Part shown: piece by piece, positions 1 to 11,300 of the stretch
How positions within the stretch are numbered: position 1 is the stretch's first letter
Layout: each line of letters opens with the position of its first letter
Origin: Rhizaria sp. SCN 62-66
Taxonomy: Eukaryota
Assembly: GCA_001724265.1 (NCBI GenBank)
Contig: MEDY01000029.1
Location: forward strand, 62,001-122,548
DNA length: 60,548 nt
Direction of reading: 5' to 3'
Position numbers and translations under genes: made by a program
The notes under the pieces: generated by a model
Told to the model about the DNA's origin: nothing
The model's input: only the letters and a program-made list of their open reading frames with translations
Database searches by the model: none

Positions 1-3000
1 TGGCGGGGTGGACGCGGTACTGCATGCGCAGACGGACTAAGCGGACGCAGACGGGGCCACCGGCGGTGGCCGCGCGACTGCTCGCGAAGGCGGCATTGTT
101 GCGAGGAGTGCTTACGGCAGTCGAGATAGCGCCGGAGAGGTCGCTGGGAGTATCTGTATGTGTGTTCGTAGCTACGGTTGCGCTGCAATCGTTATCGTCA
201 ACAGTGATTGCAAAGCGGGCGAGCCGGACGAACAGCGACCTTCCCAGGCCCGCAATCGCACCAGGGTCGCTCAGGCTCCCGCCCCCATTGCTGCTCACCA
301 CAGCGGCAGGGTCGCCATCGCCTGCATCGGGCTCGCCAGTATCCGTGCCGACCGCGGCCTCCGCCGCCCGCGCGGCCGCCCGGTACGCCGGCGGCGCCCA
401 GGGCAGCCCCGCGAGCGCGGTCAGCGCGGGCAGCGTCGGTGGCAGCTGCAGCGGGTCGCCCACCAGCGCCACGGCCTCGGCGCCGGCCCGCAGCAGCGGC
501 AGCAGCGCCAGCGGCTCCGTCGTCTGACTCGCCTCGTCGATAAAGCCCAGGGCGAAGCGCTGTCCGCGCAGCGCGTCCGAGGACGAGGAGATGCAGGTGG
601 TGCCGATGATGCGCGCTTTGAGCAGCCGCTGCGACCGCGTCTCGAGCGTCACGTCGCGACTGATGTGGCTGTATGAAGTGCTACTGTGTGCGAATAGAGA
701 CGAGCCGCCGCGCGCTGTCTGCTTTTGAGTCGCGCCTGACTCCGACAGCGCGCGTAAGTGGGCGAGCTCGTCCTCGGCGTCCGCGATAGCAGCGCGCACG
801 GCAGCCTCCTCATCGTCATCCTCGCTATCTACATCTGCCCTCGTGTGATTACTCCTGGCAGACGGCTTGGCTGCGGCTGCGTTACCGTTGCGGAACACGA
901 GTTTCGCGGTGAAAAGCCCCGCCGCGGCCGTGGCGGTGCGCGAACGGCCCAACGCCGCCAGCCTGTCCCTGAGCGCGCGCAGCGATGACGTCACGGCCGC
1001 CACGGCGCTGCCGGCCGCGGACGCTGACGACGACGACGCACCGGCCTTGGTCCGCTTCCGCCCCTTCCCAGCAGGGCCAGAGCCCGGGCCAGAGTTCGCG
1101 GCGGCGGCGGCGTTCGGTGCGGCGAGGCCGTGCGCGGTGAAGGCGAGTAATCCTTTATCGATCTTCATCGCGGACCCGACGCGCGCGAACTCGCGGCAGC
1201 CAGCGCGGCGCAGGCGCAGCAACACGTTGTCCGCAGCCGTGTTGGTGTGCGCCGCGAGGAGGATCCGCACGGTGCACTCGGGGTCGAGCTCCGCCAGCGC
1301 GGTCGCGAGCATGAGCAGGCAGCAGGCGAGCAGGTGCGACTTACCGCTGCCGAAGACGCCGTGCACCAGCACCAGCGGCGCCACCGTGGCCCCACGAGTA
1401 CCATCAAGAGTACCGTGTGTTCCCGTGCGAGTGTCATGTGCTCCCGCGAAAGCGTCGTGCGTACTCGAACCATCCGCATGTGATGTCGCTGTCGCTGTAT
1501 AGAGGTCGGTGACCCACGCAGCGCACTGCTGCAGCACTGAGAACTGGTCGCCGTTGAGCGGAAACCGCGCTACCGCCGCGTCGCACGCTGCGGCGACGCG
1601 CGCGCGGGCCCAGTCAAGCCGGGACTGGGAGTGCAGCGCGCGCTGCAGCGCGGCCAGAGGCGGCAACAGCTGCGCTGCCGAGGGGGGTTCCGTGTGCAGC
1701 GCCGACCTGAAACCACCGTGACCGTGACCGTGACCTTGGACAGACGTCGCAGCGGCGCCGTCACTGCGCCAGCCAGCTGCGGTGTGCAGCGACGTGAGCA
1801 GCTCAGCCTGTTCGGCTGCGGTCGTCGGCATGGGCCGCCACAGCATCGGCGCCAGCGGCGCCGATGCCAGAGCTGCGACCACTGACAGCGGCAGCGGCGC
1901 CATGCCACTGCTGCTCAGAGTCGCCGCCCCGCCAGCGCCGTGCTGCGCGGGGTGCTGCGCGAACTGATGTTGTTGCCGTTGCTGCGGGGTGAGGGCGAAC
2001 GCCGGGTGCGTGTTCGCCGCAGAGAACGCCGCCAGCGGGCCCAACGCACTGTGCAGCGCGGCCAGGGTTGGCGCCTCGGTCGACAGCGACCCAACGCGGT
2101 AGGCGAAGCAGGGCCGCCGAGCGGAGAGCTTGATTGCTAGTGGCGACGGCGGCAGTGAAAAGGCGGCACTCGCAGCGGCCGGGGCGGGGGACACGACGGC
2201 GTCGGTGAGGGTCGTCGCTGGCACTGTGGGCAGAGCAGGGTTACTCGCATTCACGCCCAGACTGCCGCAGTCGCTGCTGCTGAGGCTGTGCAGTGCGAGC
2301 GTGGACTGGAACGCGGCGCCGGTGGCCGAGGCGACAAGCGGCGACGGGGCGAAGAGGGGCTCGTGCAGAGGCAGCAGCTGCAGTAGTCCGCGCGGCGTGA
2401 ACGAGTGCCAGAGCGACACGAACAGGAACGGGTTCGAGAAGCTGCCGTCGAGCGAGACTGCCCATAAGTCAAGCCGCCCCAGGTCGCGGGGCAGCTGGGG
2501 GGTGCCGATGGTGGTGCCGGTGACGCTGCTGTAGCCGCTCGAAGCGCCGCCGCCGTACTGCCGTCCAGAGCCGCCGTGACTCCCGCTCCCACTGCCAGTG
2601 GTAAAGCCGCTGCTGCCACCGCCAGCGCTGCTGCTGCCAGAGCGGGAGGCGGGGGAGTCGAATTGGTCGGCCTTGGGAGCGAAACGGAGATACCACGCGA
2701 AATCGCTCGGATTGCTGCTGCTGCCACTCTTATCGTCGTCGTCATCGTCGGCGTTGTCGTCGTCGTCGTCGCCGTAGCCGTCGTGAGAGCGACCGTATTT
2801 GCCCCCTCGGCCGCCGCGGCCGCCGCGCCAGCCGCCGCCGCGGCCGCCACCGCGTTTACTATAGCCGCCGCCGCCGAAGCCGCTGTCACTATCCCTGTCC
2901 CCCTTGTTAGTGCCGCCGCTGTGGAACTTGATGAGGGACATGGTGGCCGGGGCGAAGGCGCCGGGGACCCCGGCCGCGGCCGCCGCGTCGCCCGGCGTGA

Positions 3001-5504
3001 CGGTGACGGGGACTAAGCCGGGGCATGGGACGGCCGGGAGGGCCATGGGCTTCTGTTGACCATAACCTTGATTTCCAGGTTGCTGCTGTTGTTGCTGCTG
3101 GAGGCGTGCGTGATGCAGCTGTTGCGCCACTAAACGACTGGCATTCGCCGCCACTGCAGCTGCGTATGCTGCCCCAAGCTTGGCCGCCGCGGGAACAACG
3201 ATGCCGCCGAATATGTGGTCCCAGCTGGCCGCAGTGAGCTGCGACACGTAGGCGGCTAGACTTTGATACGACCGGGGCAGCGGGGCCAGCGGCGGCAGAT
3301 TCACCGTGACAGACGCAGCAGCATGGCCTATGTTGTTCGTGGCGCTGTTTGCGAGTGCAGTGGGGGCGTTGGCTGGGAGATAGAGAGCGGGCGGGGGAAA
3401 GAAGATGCGCGGCGCGTGGCTCGATACAACAGAGACGCTCCCAATGCCAGGGCCGGCGCCAGCGCGAGTTTGGGAGACAACATTGGGAGCATTCAGTTGA
3501 ATGTTAGCAGGCGTATTGCGTGATATAGTGTCACTGTGATGAACCAGTTGCTGCTATTGCTGCTGTAAATGGTGCTGCTGGTGTTGTTGTTGTTGCTGTT
3601 GCCATGGGTTGTGCTGAGATGCTGCCGAATGACCATGAGTCGAAGTAGCTGCAGCGGAGTGACCGTGAGCCGCTGCTGTTGCTGCTGAGTGTGGCGCGTT
3701 GAGCTTAAAGGCAGTACTGTTGTTATGCGTTCCCGAGCTCTGCGTGAAGCCAAACTTGTCGACACCAAACGTCGCCTTTGCTGGGACAGCAGTTGGTGCA
3801 ATAGCGACGTTGCTGCTCAGGTCGTCATTCTCGTAGCTCCTGTCAGCCTGGTCATCTTTGCTGTCACTGTTGGCGTTATCGTAATTCATCAGAGTAGTGG
3901 CCGGGTGGGTTGCCTACATGTAATTATACTGGCCGTGACCTGCAAAGTGACCTGCGTAGTGACCGTGGGCAGAGTGACCGTGCGCAGCATCAAAGTGACC
4001 GTGAGCACCCTGCCCAGCACCCCCCGTCACATCCACAGTCCTCGCCACGGCCGTCGCCATAGCGTTTTCGACCGCGGCTACTGCGCTGTCCGCAGTAACC
4101 CCAAACCACCGCGGCCGCGCCCGGTCGGCGACGCCGGAGCCGGGCACGGTGGCCAGAGCGCGCAGAACGGCGGCGTCGGCTTCACGGTCACTCAGCAGCC
4201 CACGGTCAGGTGCCGGCGCACGGCCACTTGGCGCACGGTCATTGGGCGCAAAGTGACCGTGGGCTGCAGCAGCAGCAGCAGCAGCAGCATGAGGGTGACC
4301 GTAGGCAGCATGGGCAGCGGCAGCGGAGTGACTGTGGGTCAAGTGTTGACCCTGCTGCTGCGGATGTTGCTGTGACGACTGCTGCTGCTGTTGCTGTTGC
4401 AGTTCTTGTTTTTGCTGTAGTAGCTGTTCTTCCTCGTATTGACGCTGCTGCTGCTCTTGCTCTTGGTCTTGCTGTGGCAAGATGTACTGCTGTTGCTGAC
4501 GTGGCTGTTGGTGCTGCTGCTGTTGTTGCTGCTGCACCTGCTGGTCATTGTAGTGCTGCGGCTGCTGCTGGTAGAGGTTCTGTTGCGGAAACTGCTGCAG
4601 CTGCTGCTGTTGCTGATGTTGTTGTTGCTGATGTTGTTGTTGCTGATGTTGTTGTTGCTGATGTTGTTGTTGCTGCTGCTGCGGTGCTGGCTGCAGCTGC
4701 GGCATCAACGGCTGAAACTTTTGCCTGCCGACGCCCGCGCCCGCATTCGCACTCGCGTTCAAGGGAAGCAACGGCAGCGGCCCCTTGCGCTGCGGCCCTC
4801 CCAACGGCGTCACCCTCTGCTGCCCGGCGGTCAACGCCTGCTTCGCCCTGGCGTTGGCCTTGTTCTCGATGAAGGTCAGCAGCGGCGTCGGCGACCCGTC
4901 GCCGTCGAGCTCAACGAGGAACGCAGGCGTGAACTGGAATGTCTCGCCTGCCTCTTCCTCGGTCCGCTACCCTATCCCCGTCAGAGCCGCGGCCAGAGGG
5001 GCGCGCAGAGAGGCGGCGGCGAGCTCACGCCCCAGACAGGGCGGCGGCGCGGCGCCGGGGCCGAGGCCGAGGTCGGCCGCCAGCGAGTCGCCGCTGTTGC
5101 TGTTGTGGAGTCGAGGTTTGAGTGCGGGGGCGGGGGCGTCGTCGTCGTCCTCGGGCGAGGCCCAGAGGCGGGCTGAGGTGCCGCGGATCAAGAGAAAGCC
5201 CTCAGACCAGACCTATAAATGTACAAACAAAAAATAAATCGGCAAAAGATGTCAGGGATATGCAAATGTACATCAGAGTGAGAGTGATGAGACAACAATG
5301 GTAAGTTTAGTGTAGCGTGAGTGCGAGTGCGCAGACCTTCTTCTTGCGCGTGACGTGGGGCGTGTACATCACGGTGACGCAGGTCCACTGGTTGGCCACG
5401 GCAGGGTTGGCCGACGCGGTGGCAGACGCAGAGGACGCTGTGGGGGCCTGAGCTGCGGACGGAGGCGCCGCGGGAGCGCCCTGGAATGGGCCGTATCCCT
5501 GCAT
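1..5504 (-). CDS. ZGRF1: ZGRF1-like protein: N-terminal DUF2439-like domain, Q-rich linker, UPF1/DNA2-type SF1 helicase. 3' partial; contains 3 in-frame TAG codons
   Basis: Exon 1 5504-5337 (MQGYG...VMYTPHVTRKKK), intron 5336-5213, exon 2 from 5212 (VWSEGFLLIRG), giving the DUF2439-like YT..KKKVWxxG motif. The same frame runs to the window edge with LVHGVFGSGKS (about 1336-1370), ILLAAHTNTAADNVLL, ARVGS, IDEASQ, VGDPLQLPP and LRMQYRVHP. The only stops found are TAG at 4967-4969, 3914-3916 and 3554-3556. An upstream exon is possible. Confidence 0.85.
4600..4680 (-). repeat. 15-nt coding tandem repeat (CAGCAACAACAACAT)n encoding HQQQQ units
   Basis: gctgatgttgttgtt repeated on the + strand, inside the ZGRF1 Q-rich linker. 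Confidence 0.9.
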
Positions 5505-5935
5505 CGCCTGCGGGATAGAGAACGAAATAAATAACTCAGTAAAGAAATAAGTCAATATATCAATAAAATAAAATACATTAATGAACATATATCGGATATA
5601 CTTTCATAGATACAAGTTATGGGCTGATTTTCGTTAGATAGAGGTAAAAGCGGTGGGCGGGAGGAAGCTGTTGCCTCAGGTCCGAGCATGAAGGATGTGA
5701 AAAGCATCAAAATCGACAGTTATAGCGTTATAATTTAGCGAGTACACTAAAACAACACGCTCGAGTATTATACTTAAACGGTAGCTCTATTAACGGACAC
5801 TGCATGCTCACCCATATATCTCTGCCATCGCCTACCCCAGCCTCCTGACCACAAACAGTTGGCAACACTTTTCCGCCTTACCCTCCCACAGACGCACAGC
5901 ACGCAGTGTCACCCTGCGTTTCTCTCTGCCGCGCC

Positions 5936-7234
5936 ATGTCCGACGACAAATTCGCCTCTGACAACTACCGCTCTTCGTTCTCTGCCCCACAGAAGCCCAA
6001 GCACGACGGCGCCAACTTCACCTGTCAGCGCTGCTACCAAAAGGGACACTACACGTACGAGTGCAAGAGCGCCGATGTCATCTACCGCGCCCGCCCCACC
6101 GCCACCGCGCGCACCATGGAGCGCCACAACAGCTACGGCGCCAGCGCTGGTGCCGCGGCCGCGGCTGCGGGGGAGCCTGCAGTGAGGAATGCTTCTTTGC
6201 CGCCCAGCCTCATCCGCCAGCAGGTCCGTAAGCATCGCTAAATCACTAGAATCTCTCATATACCATATACGAATGTCATTGATCAACAAGCTCATGTGTA
6301 GTATCTATTTAACTTGATTTGTGCTCTGTTTACTGCTTTAGAGTGTTGCTGAGAAGCTTGCCCTGATCAAGAAGCAGCAAGAGGCCATGCGCGCTCGCCA
6401 AACGGCCGACGCTGACGCCGCCGCTGCTGCTGGTGCTGCGTCTGCTGCTAACGCTGACGCGCGCTCACAGTCGCGGGGCAGGGGCAGGGACAGGGGCGGC
6501 CGCCGCTCTGACTCACGGTCACGCTCGCAGTCCCTCTCGCGGTCACGCTCACCTCAGTCACGCTCACGGTCGCGCTCACGGTCATCTGAGTCACGGTCGC
6601 GCTCACGGTCACCTCGCTCACAGTCATCAAGGTCGCGCTCACGGTCGCGCTCACGGTCGCGCTCACGGTCACGGAGCCCGCGCCGCAGCGGCGTGAAGAA
6701 CGAGGAGGTCAAGACTGAGCCCACGGTCAAGAGCGAAGACAACGGCCACAGCAAAGGTCACGCCGAGCCTCGCAGCCGCAGCAGCAGCAGCGGCCGCTAC
6801 AGCAGTAACCGCCGCGACCGCAGTGACCGTGACCGCGACAGTCGCCGCCGTCGGCATCATCATCGTCGCAGCCGCCGTAGCCGCCGCTATAGCGATAGCA
6901 GCAGCGACAGCAGGGGCAGCAGCAGCGACAGCGGCAGTAGCAGCGACGGCGACAGCGGCAGTGACAGCGGCAGCGACCGCAGGCGTAATCGCAAGCACGG
7001 CCGCTCACGCTCGCGCTCACGGTCGCCGCACGCGGGTGGCGGCCGTGACCGCGCTGACCGCGACCGCGAGCAACGCAGTGGCCGCGATCGCAGTGGCAGT
7101 GGCCGTAAGACTACGACTGCGCCTGCGCGCAGTGCGAGCCCGGTTGTCAAGACCGAGCCCGGACTGGCTGGCGCCACAGCTGCAGCGCCTGCGGCTGACT
7201 CGGACTTAGCAGCTGTCTCGGGGAGCAGCAGTCT

Positions 7235-7314
<80 letters not shown>

Positions 7315-7526
7315 GCAACGGCAACGACGCTCATGTCAACAGTAGTCGTATGAAAGATACTGACTCATCCCGTCGTCGGAAGCGCTCGCGCTCACAGTCA
7401 CACTCACGCTCACGTTCACGGTCACCTTCAAACAGCAGTTCGCGCTCACGGTCACGGTCACGCTCGAGCTCGAGCTCTCGATCGCAGTCACGCTCGCAGT
7501 CGCGCTCACCGCGCCGTAGTAAGTGA
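5936..7526 (+). CDS. ZCCHC10-like zinc-knuckle protein with long RS/poly-Ser tail (putative splicing factor)
   Basis: Exon 1 5936-6223 has CQRCYQKGHYTYEC...YRARPT (CCHC knuckle). Intron 6224-6341 (GTCCGT...TAG). Exon 2 6342-7526 is RS-rich and ends in TGA. Confidence 0.75.
6510..6675 (+). repeat. Coding tandem repeat (CGCTCACGGTCG-like 12-mer) encoding RS dipeptides
   Basis: Repeated cgctcacggtc(g/a) units; a second RS block lies at about 7380-7510. Confidence 0.85.
7224..7313 (+). repeat. (AGC)n microsatellite encoding poly-Ser
   Basis: Long agcagc run with a few agt interruptions. Confidence 0.9.
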
Positions 7527-8345
7527 GTGGGGGAGATATTCATTCTAATTTTGTCTTGAGGGCAGATAATAACATCGTTACACCGTATATCTACGCTAGA
7601 ATGTAGCAAAAATATTGAATTTATCTGTATACCCGACCAATTCATGACATGATCGGTGTATGATGGCTCGATGCACTGCCCCCCCAGCAAGTGTTCAGAT
7701 CCGACTCGATGCTTCGGCAAAGGATATGTCGGGCCCAAACGATTGTCACAACCTGGATTTGTTCATGATACGATGTATTGTAGCAACAGTCAATACATAT
7801 TTTGATGTTGGCTTTAATCTTGTTTGTTTTAATGTAGGTATGCCAGATTATCGCCTGGCCACAAGCCGTTTCCGGTGAACGGCTCTCTGGCGGGAAGTGT
7901 AGCCGCGCGCCAACTTTGAGTGGGCAAATAAACTCAGAGCTTTGCTCGCAATGTTGACCTCATGCGCATGCATGGCTCGGATAAAGTGATAGCTTTCCTA
8001 CGTTTAATGCTGTAAATAGTATCTCCAACTGCATGTGTCATTGTTTTTAACTGCATTTTGTGGCTTTTTTGGTCGTTGGATGGCCTCCTTGGGAAGGGTC
8101 CTCGCGCAGCGTAAGCAAAAAGCGGGCTATCGGAAAGCCATCTCAGCACATGACACAACCGCCCAATAAGCGCCGGTATACTGTGTTTAGCTTATAAGCT
8201 TCGTGTAGACTCTATTTTCATTGCTAACTCTCTAACTGCATCTTTTTTTGCTGCCTATCAACGCTCCGCCCCCTGCTCAACGCCAGTTTCTCGAGCGTCG
8301 CGCCCTCCCTCTCAGCGTCCGTCTTGCCCCCGTCCTGGCCTTTTC

Positions 8346-11300
8346 ATGTCGAACGAGATCAAGATGCGTGCAACCGGGGGTCGTCCCGCCCCCGGTTCCG
8401 CTCCCGCGCCTCCCCGCGGCACAGACAAGCCCTTCTCCGGCCCTCCTGGCTCTGTCTCCACCTCCCTGGCCGCCGCCGCCGCCGCCGCCGCTTGCGCCCC
8501 CGCCGCCGCCGGCGGACTGTCGACCAAGCGGCTGATGCTGATCATCGCCCCGCTCGCACTCTTCGCGCTTGCCGGCTGGGCCTTTGCGCTGCGCGGCATG
8601 TTCGCCCTCCCAGGCGTCGCCGCCCCGCCGGTCTACTCCGCCGCCGCCGACGCTTCCATTGTGATTCCTGCGACGGCGACGGCGACCGCGACTGTGACCG
8701 CGCCCCCTGCTCTGCTCGAGACAACTGCCGACCTCATTCCTACCCCCGCCGTCGCTAAGGCGCCCCGCTCCATCACGCGCAGGGCCGCCCCCGACGACGA
8801 CGCCCTCGGCTCCAGCTCAAATAACACGCCTGTCGTCTCCGACACCGCCGTGGTCGCTGAGCCCACCGCCAACGCCTCGGCCTCAATCGCCGCGAAGCCC
8901 GCGAAGCCTGCGAAGGAGGTTGCGAGTCGCGTGTTCCTGCGGCAGCGCATGGACCTGCGGCGCGTCCCGCGCAACGTGGCGCCCATCCACATCTCGCGCG
9001 ACCACCACTGGGCGTTCTACTCGTGGCTCTACAACCTCCGCGCGGGCCGCCTCCACCCCGAGGGCGGTTACACCGTCGTCCACGTCGACACGCATTCGGA
9101 CCTCTTCACCGTGCAGGCCCACGCCTCGGTGCTCCGCGAGTCGGGCGTCACCCGCCTCGCCCCGCCCACTGTCCCCAACGCCTCGGCTCCCGCCAACACT
9201 CCGAACAGCAATCCCGACGCCGTGACCGCACGGCCCGTGTCGGCATTTGCCGTGCCGTCCTACCTGGCCTCCGCCCCGGCCCCGGTCGACCCAGCTCTGG
9301 CAGCCCACCTGGCGGCGACCGTGGGCGTGATCAACTCGGCGATGAACATCACCGAAGAGCAGCGCAAGGCCATCTCGGCCGCGGGCGGCGCGGCCATGCC
9401 CACGCGCGCGCGCAAGGCCACGGTCAACGGGCTGGAGAAGGCGCGCACTAACGTGGAGCGCGAGCCGGGCACCGACGGCATCGCGATCGCGGAGGACTTC
9501 ACCCCGTACCCGATCAAGGACGCGCTGACCGAGAGCGGGGTGCGCGCCGCGCCGCCAAAGGCCCTCCCTGTCGACCGGCTGACGCCCGACATGATCCTGC
9601 GCATGACGCGCGCGCTCACCATCGCCAACTACATCCCCGCGGCGACTTTCATCGGCGCCGACCTGGACCCCATGGCCTTCGGCTCACAGTCCTTCATCCC
9701 CCCCACGGCGACCAAGAGCGACAAGAGTAACGGGGACAAGGACGACCTGACGAACCCCCGGTACGACCCCACGCGCCCGTCGTCGAACGACGCGCCCTGG
9801 GCCGACTCCAGCTCGCCTGAACTGTACCCGGACACGGCGCGCTCCTCGGTGCCCTCGCCCAAACAGTTCATCTCGCACGTCATTTGGATCCGCCCCGACG
9901 TCGACACGTCGTTCAACTTCCCGCGCGGCCGCGGCGACTTCAACGTAACCTTCGGCTTCTACCACCTGCTCGCCCGGACGACGCCCGGCGTGACGGCCAA
10001 CTCCACGGCTAGCACGCCGCTCGAGATGTTCCCGGGGCAGCCCTTTATCCCCGCCGCCGCCATCGAGGGCCGCTTCGGCGGCGCCGACGCGCCCGTGGCG
10101 GCTAAGTTCACGCGCCCCGGCATGCCGCCGGTGAACATGACGCTGCCCGAAGCCTTCCGCATGACCATGGCGGACACTGACATCTCATCGGCGCTGCAGT
10201 CACTGGCCTCGACCGTCGGCGGCGAGGGGCTCTTCGAGGAGCCCGAGTGGGACGTGGCCACAAGCGTCAACGAGTTCGTGTCCAAGGCCGCGCTGCGCTA
10301 CGACGGCGTCATGTGCTCTTCGGTTGAGCACAGCACCGATGGGCCCTTCTGCAACGGCTACCAGGAGTGGGACAAGACCGCGCTCCAGAACGCCGACTTC
10401 GCGCGCAAGTTCGCGGCCGGCGACGCGACGCTCTCGGTCCGCCGCGCGCGCGCGATGCCGCTGTCGGGCGCCGGGCTCGACGCCTGGGACGCCATGAGCG
10501 ACGGCGAGCGCGACGTGAACCGCATGGAGAACTTCACGGCCCCCGGCGCCGCCACGCGCGAAGCCGCCGTCAAGGCCGCCGCGCACGCCGCAGGGAAGCC
10601 TGAGCCCGCGCGCAAGGCCGACTGGCCGCACCCGGACTATGTGCCCGAGTCGAAGCTGGACCTGGCCTTCTGGCCGCACCGTACGATCCGGCTGACTGTG
10701 CTCACGCCCGCCGAGTTCGTCGCGCAGGCTAAGTCCCTCGGCTTCGACACCGAGGCCGACTCGGCGCTGCACAAGGCCGAGCTCGCCAATCTTCCTAAGG
10801 GCGTCGGCCAGGCGGACGTCAAGAACCTGCATAAGCACAAGAAGCCCGTGCTGCTGGACGTCGACATGGACTTTTTCGCCTCGGCCTCCGAGTGGCGTAA
10901 CGTCGCCAAGGAGAAGCGCTCGCTGTCGATGAAGGAGACGGCCGTCGCCGCCGACATCATCAACATGTGCTGTGGCAAGCCGAACCCTATCGTGCCCGCC
11001 GGCGTGTCCTCGGGCTGCTGCGCTACGACGCCGTACCGCCAGCTCTTCCTGCGCGCTGCCACGGCAACGCTTGTCGAGAGCGTCATGGGCGCCTCGAACG
11101 AGACGGACTCGGTCATCGACGCGCTCGTGCCGTACGACAAGGACGTCGACCGCTACCGCGCCGCGCTCAACGCGCAGCTGCCTTTTGGCGATGGCTTCCA
11201 GCTTCCCGAGAAGTGCCCTGAGATTGACACGCTGCTCATCGCGCTGCACAAGTACGTCAACGTGACGCACAACCACGCGCTGGCGCTGACGCTGCTGGAT

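Noticed and set aside
3554-4969. TAGs explained as splice acceptors or small introns
   Set aside because: Nearby GT..AG micro-introns do not preserve frame. The frame-preserving option I found around the first TAG (GTGAGC...GCAG) is GC-rich and would delete DUF2439-like residues. The introns identified here are longer and mostly AT-rich. Not formally excluded without RNA data.
1-5504. ZGRF1 as a pseudogene
   Set aside because: No frameshifts, TAA or TGA found despite many CAA codons, and helicase motifs are intact. Disfavoured but not disproven.
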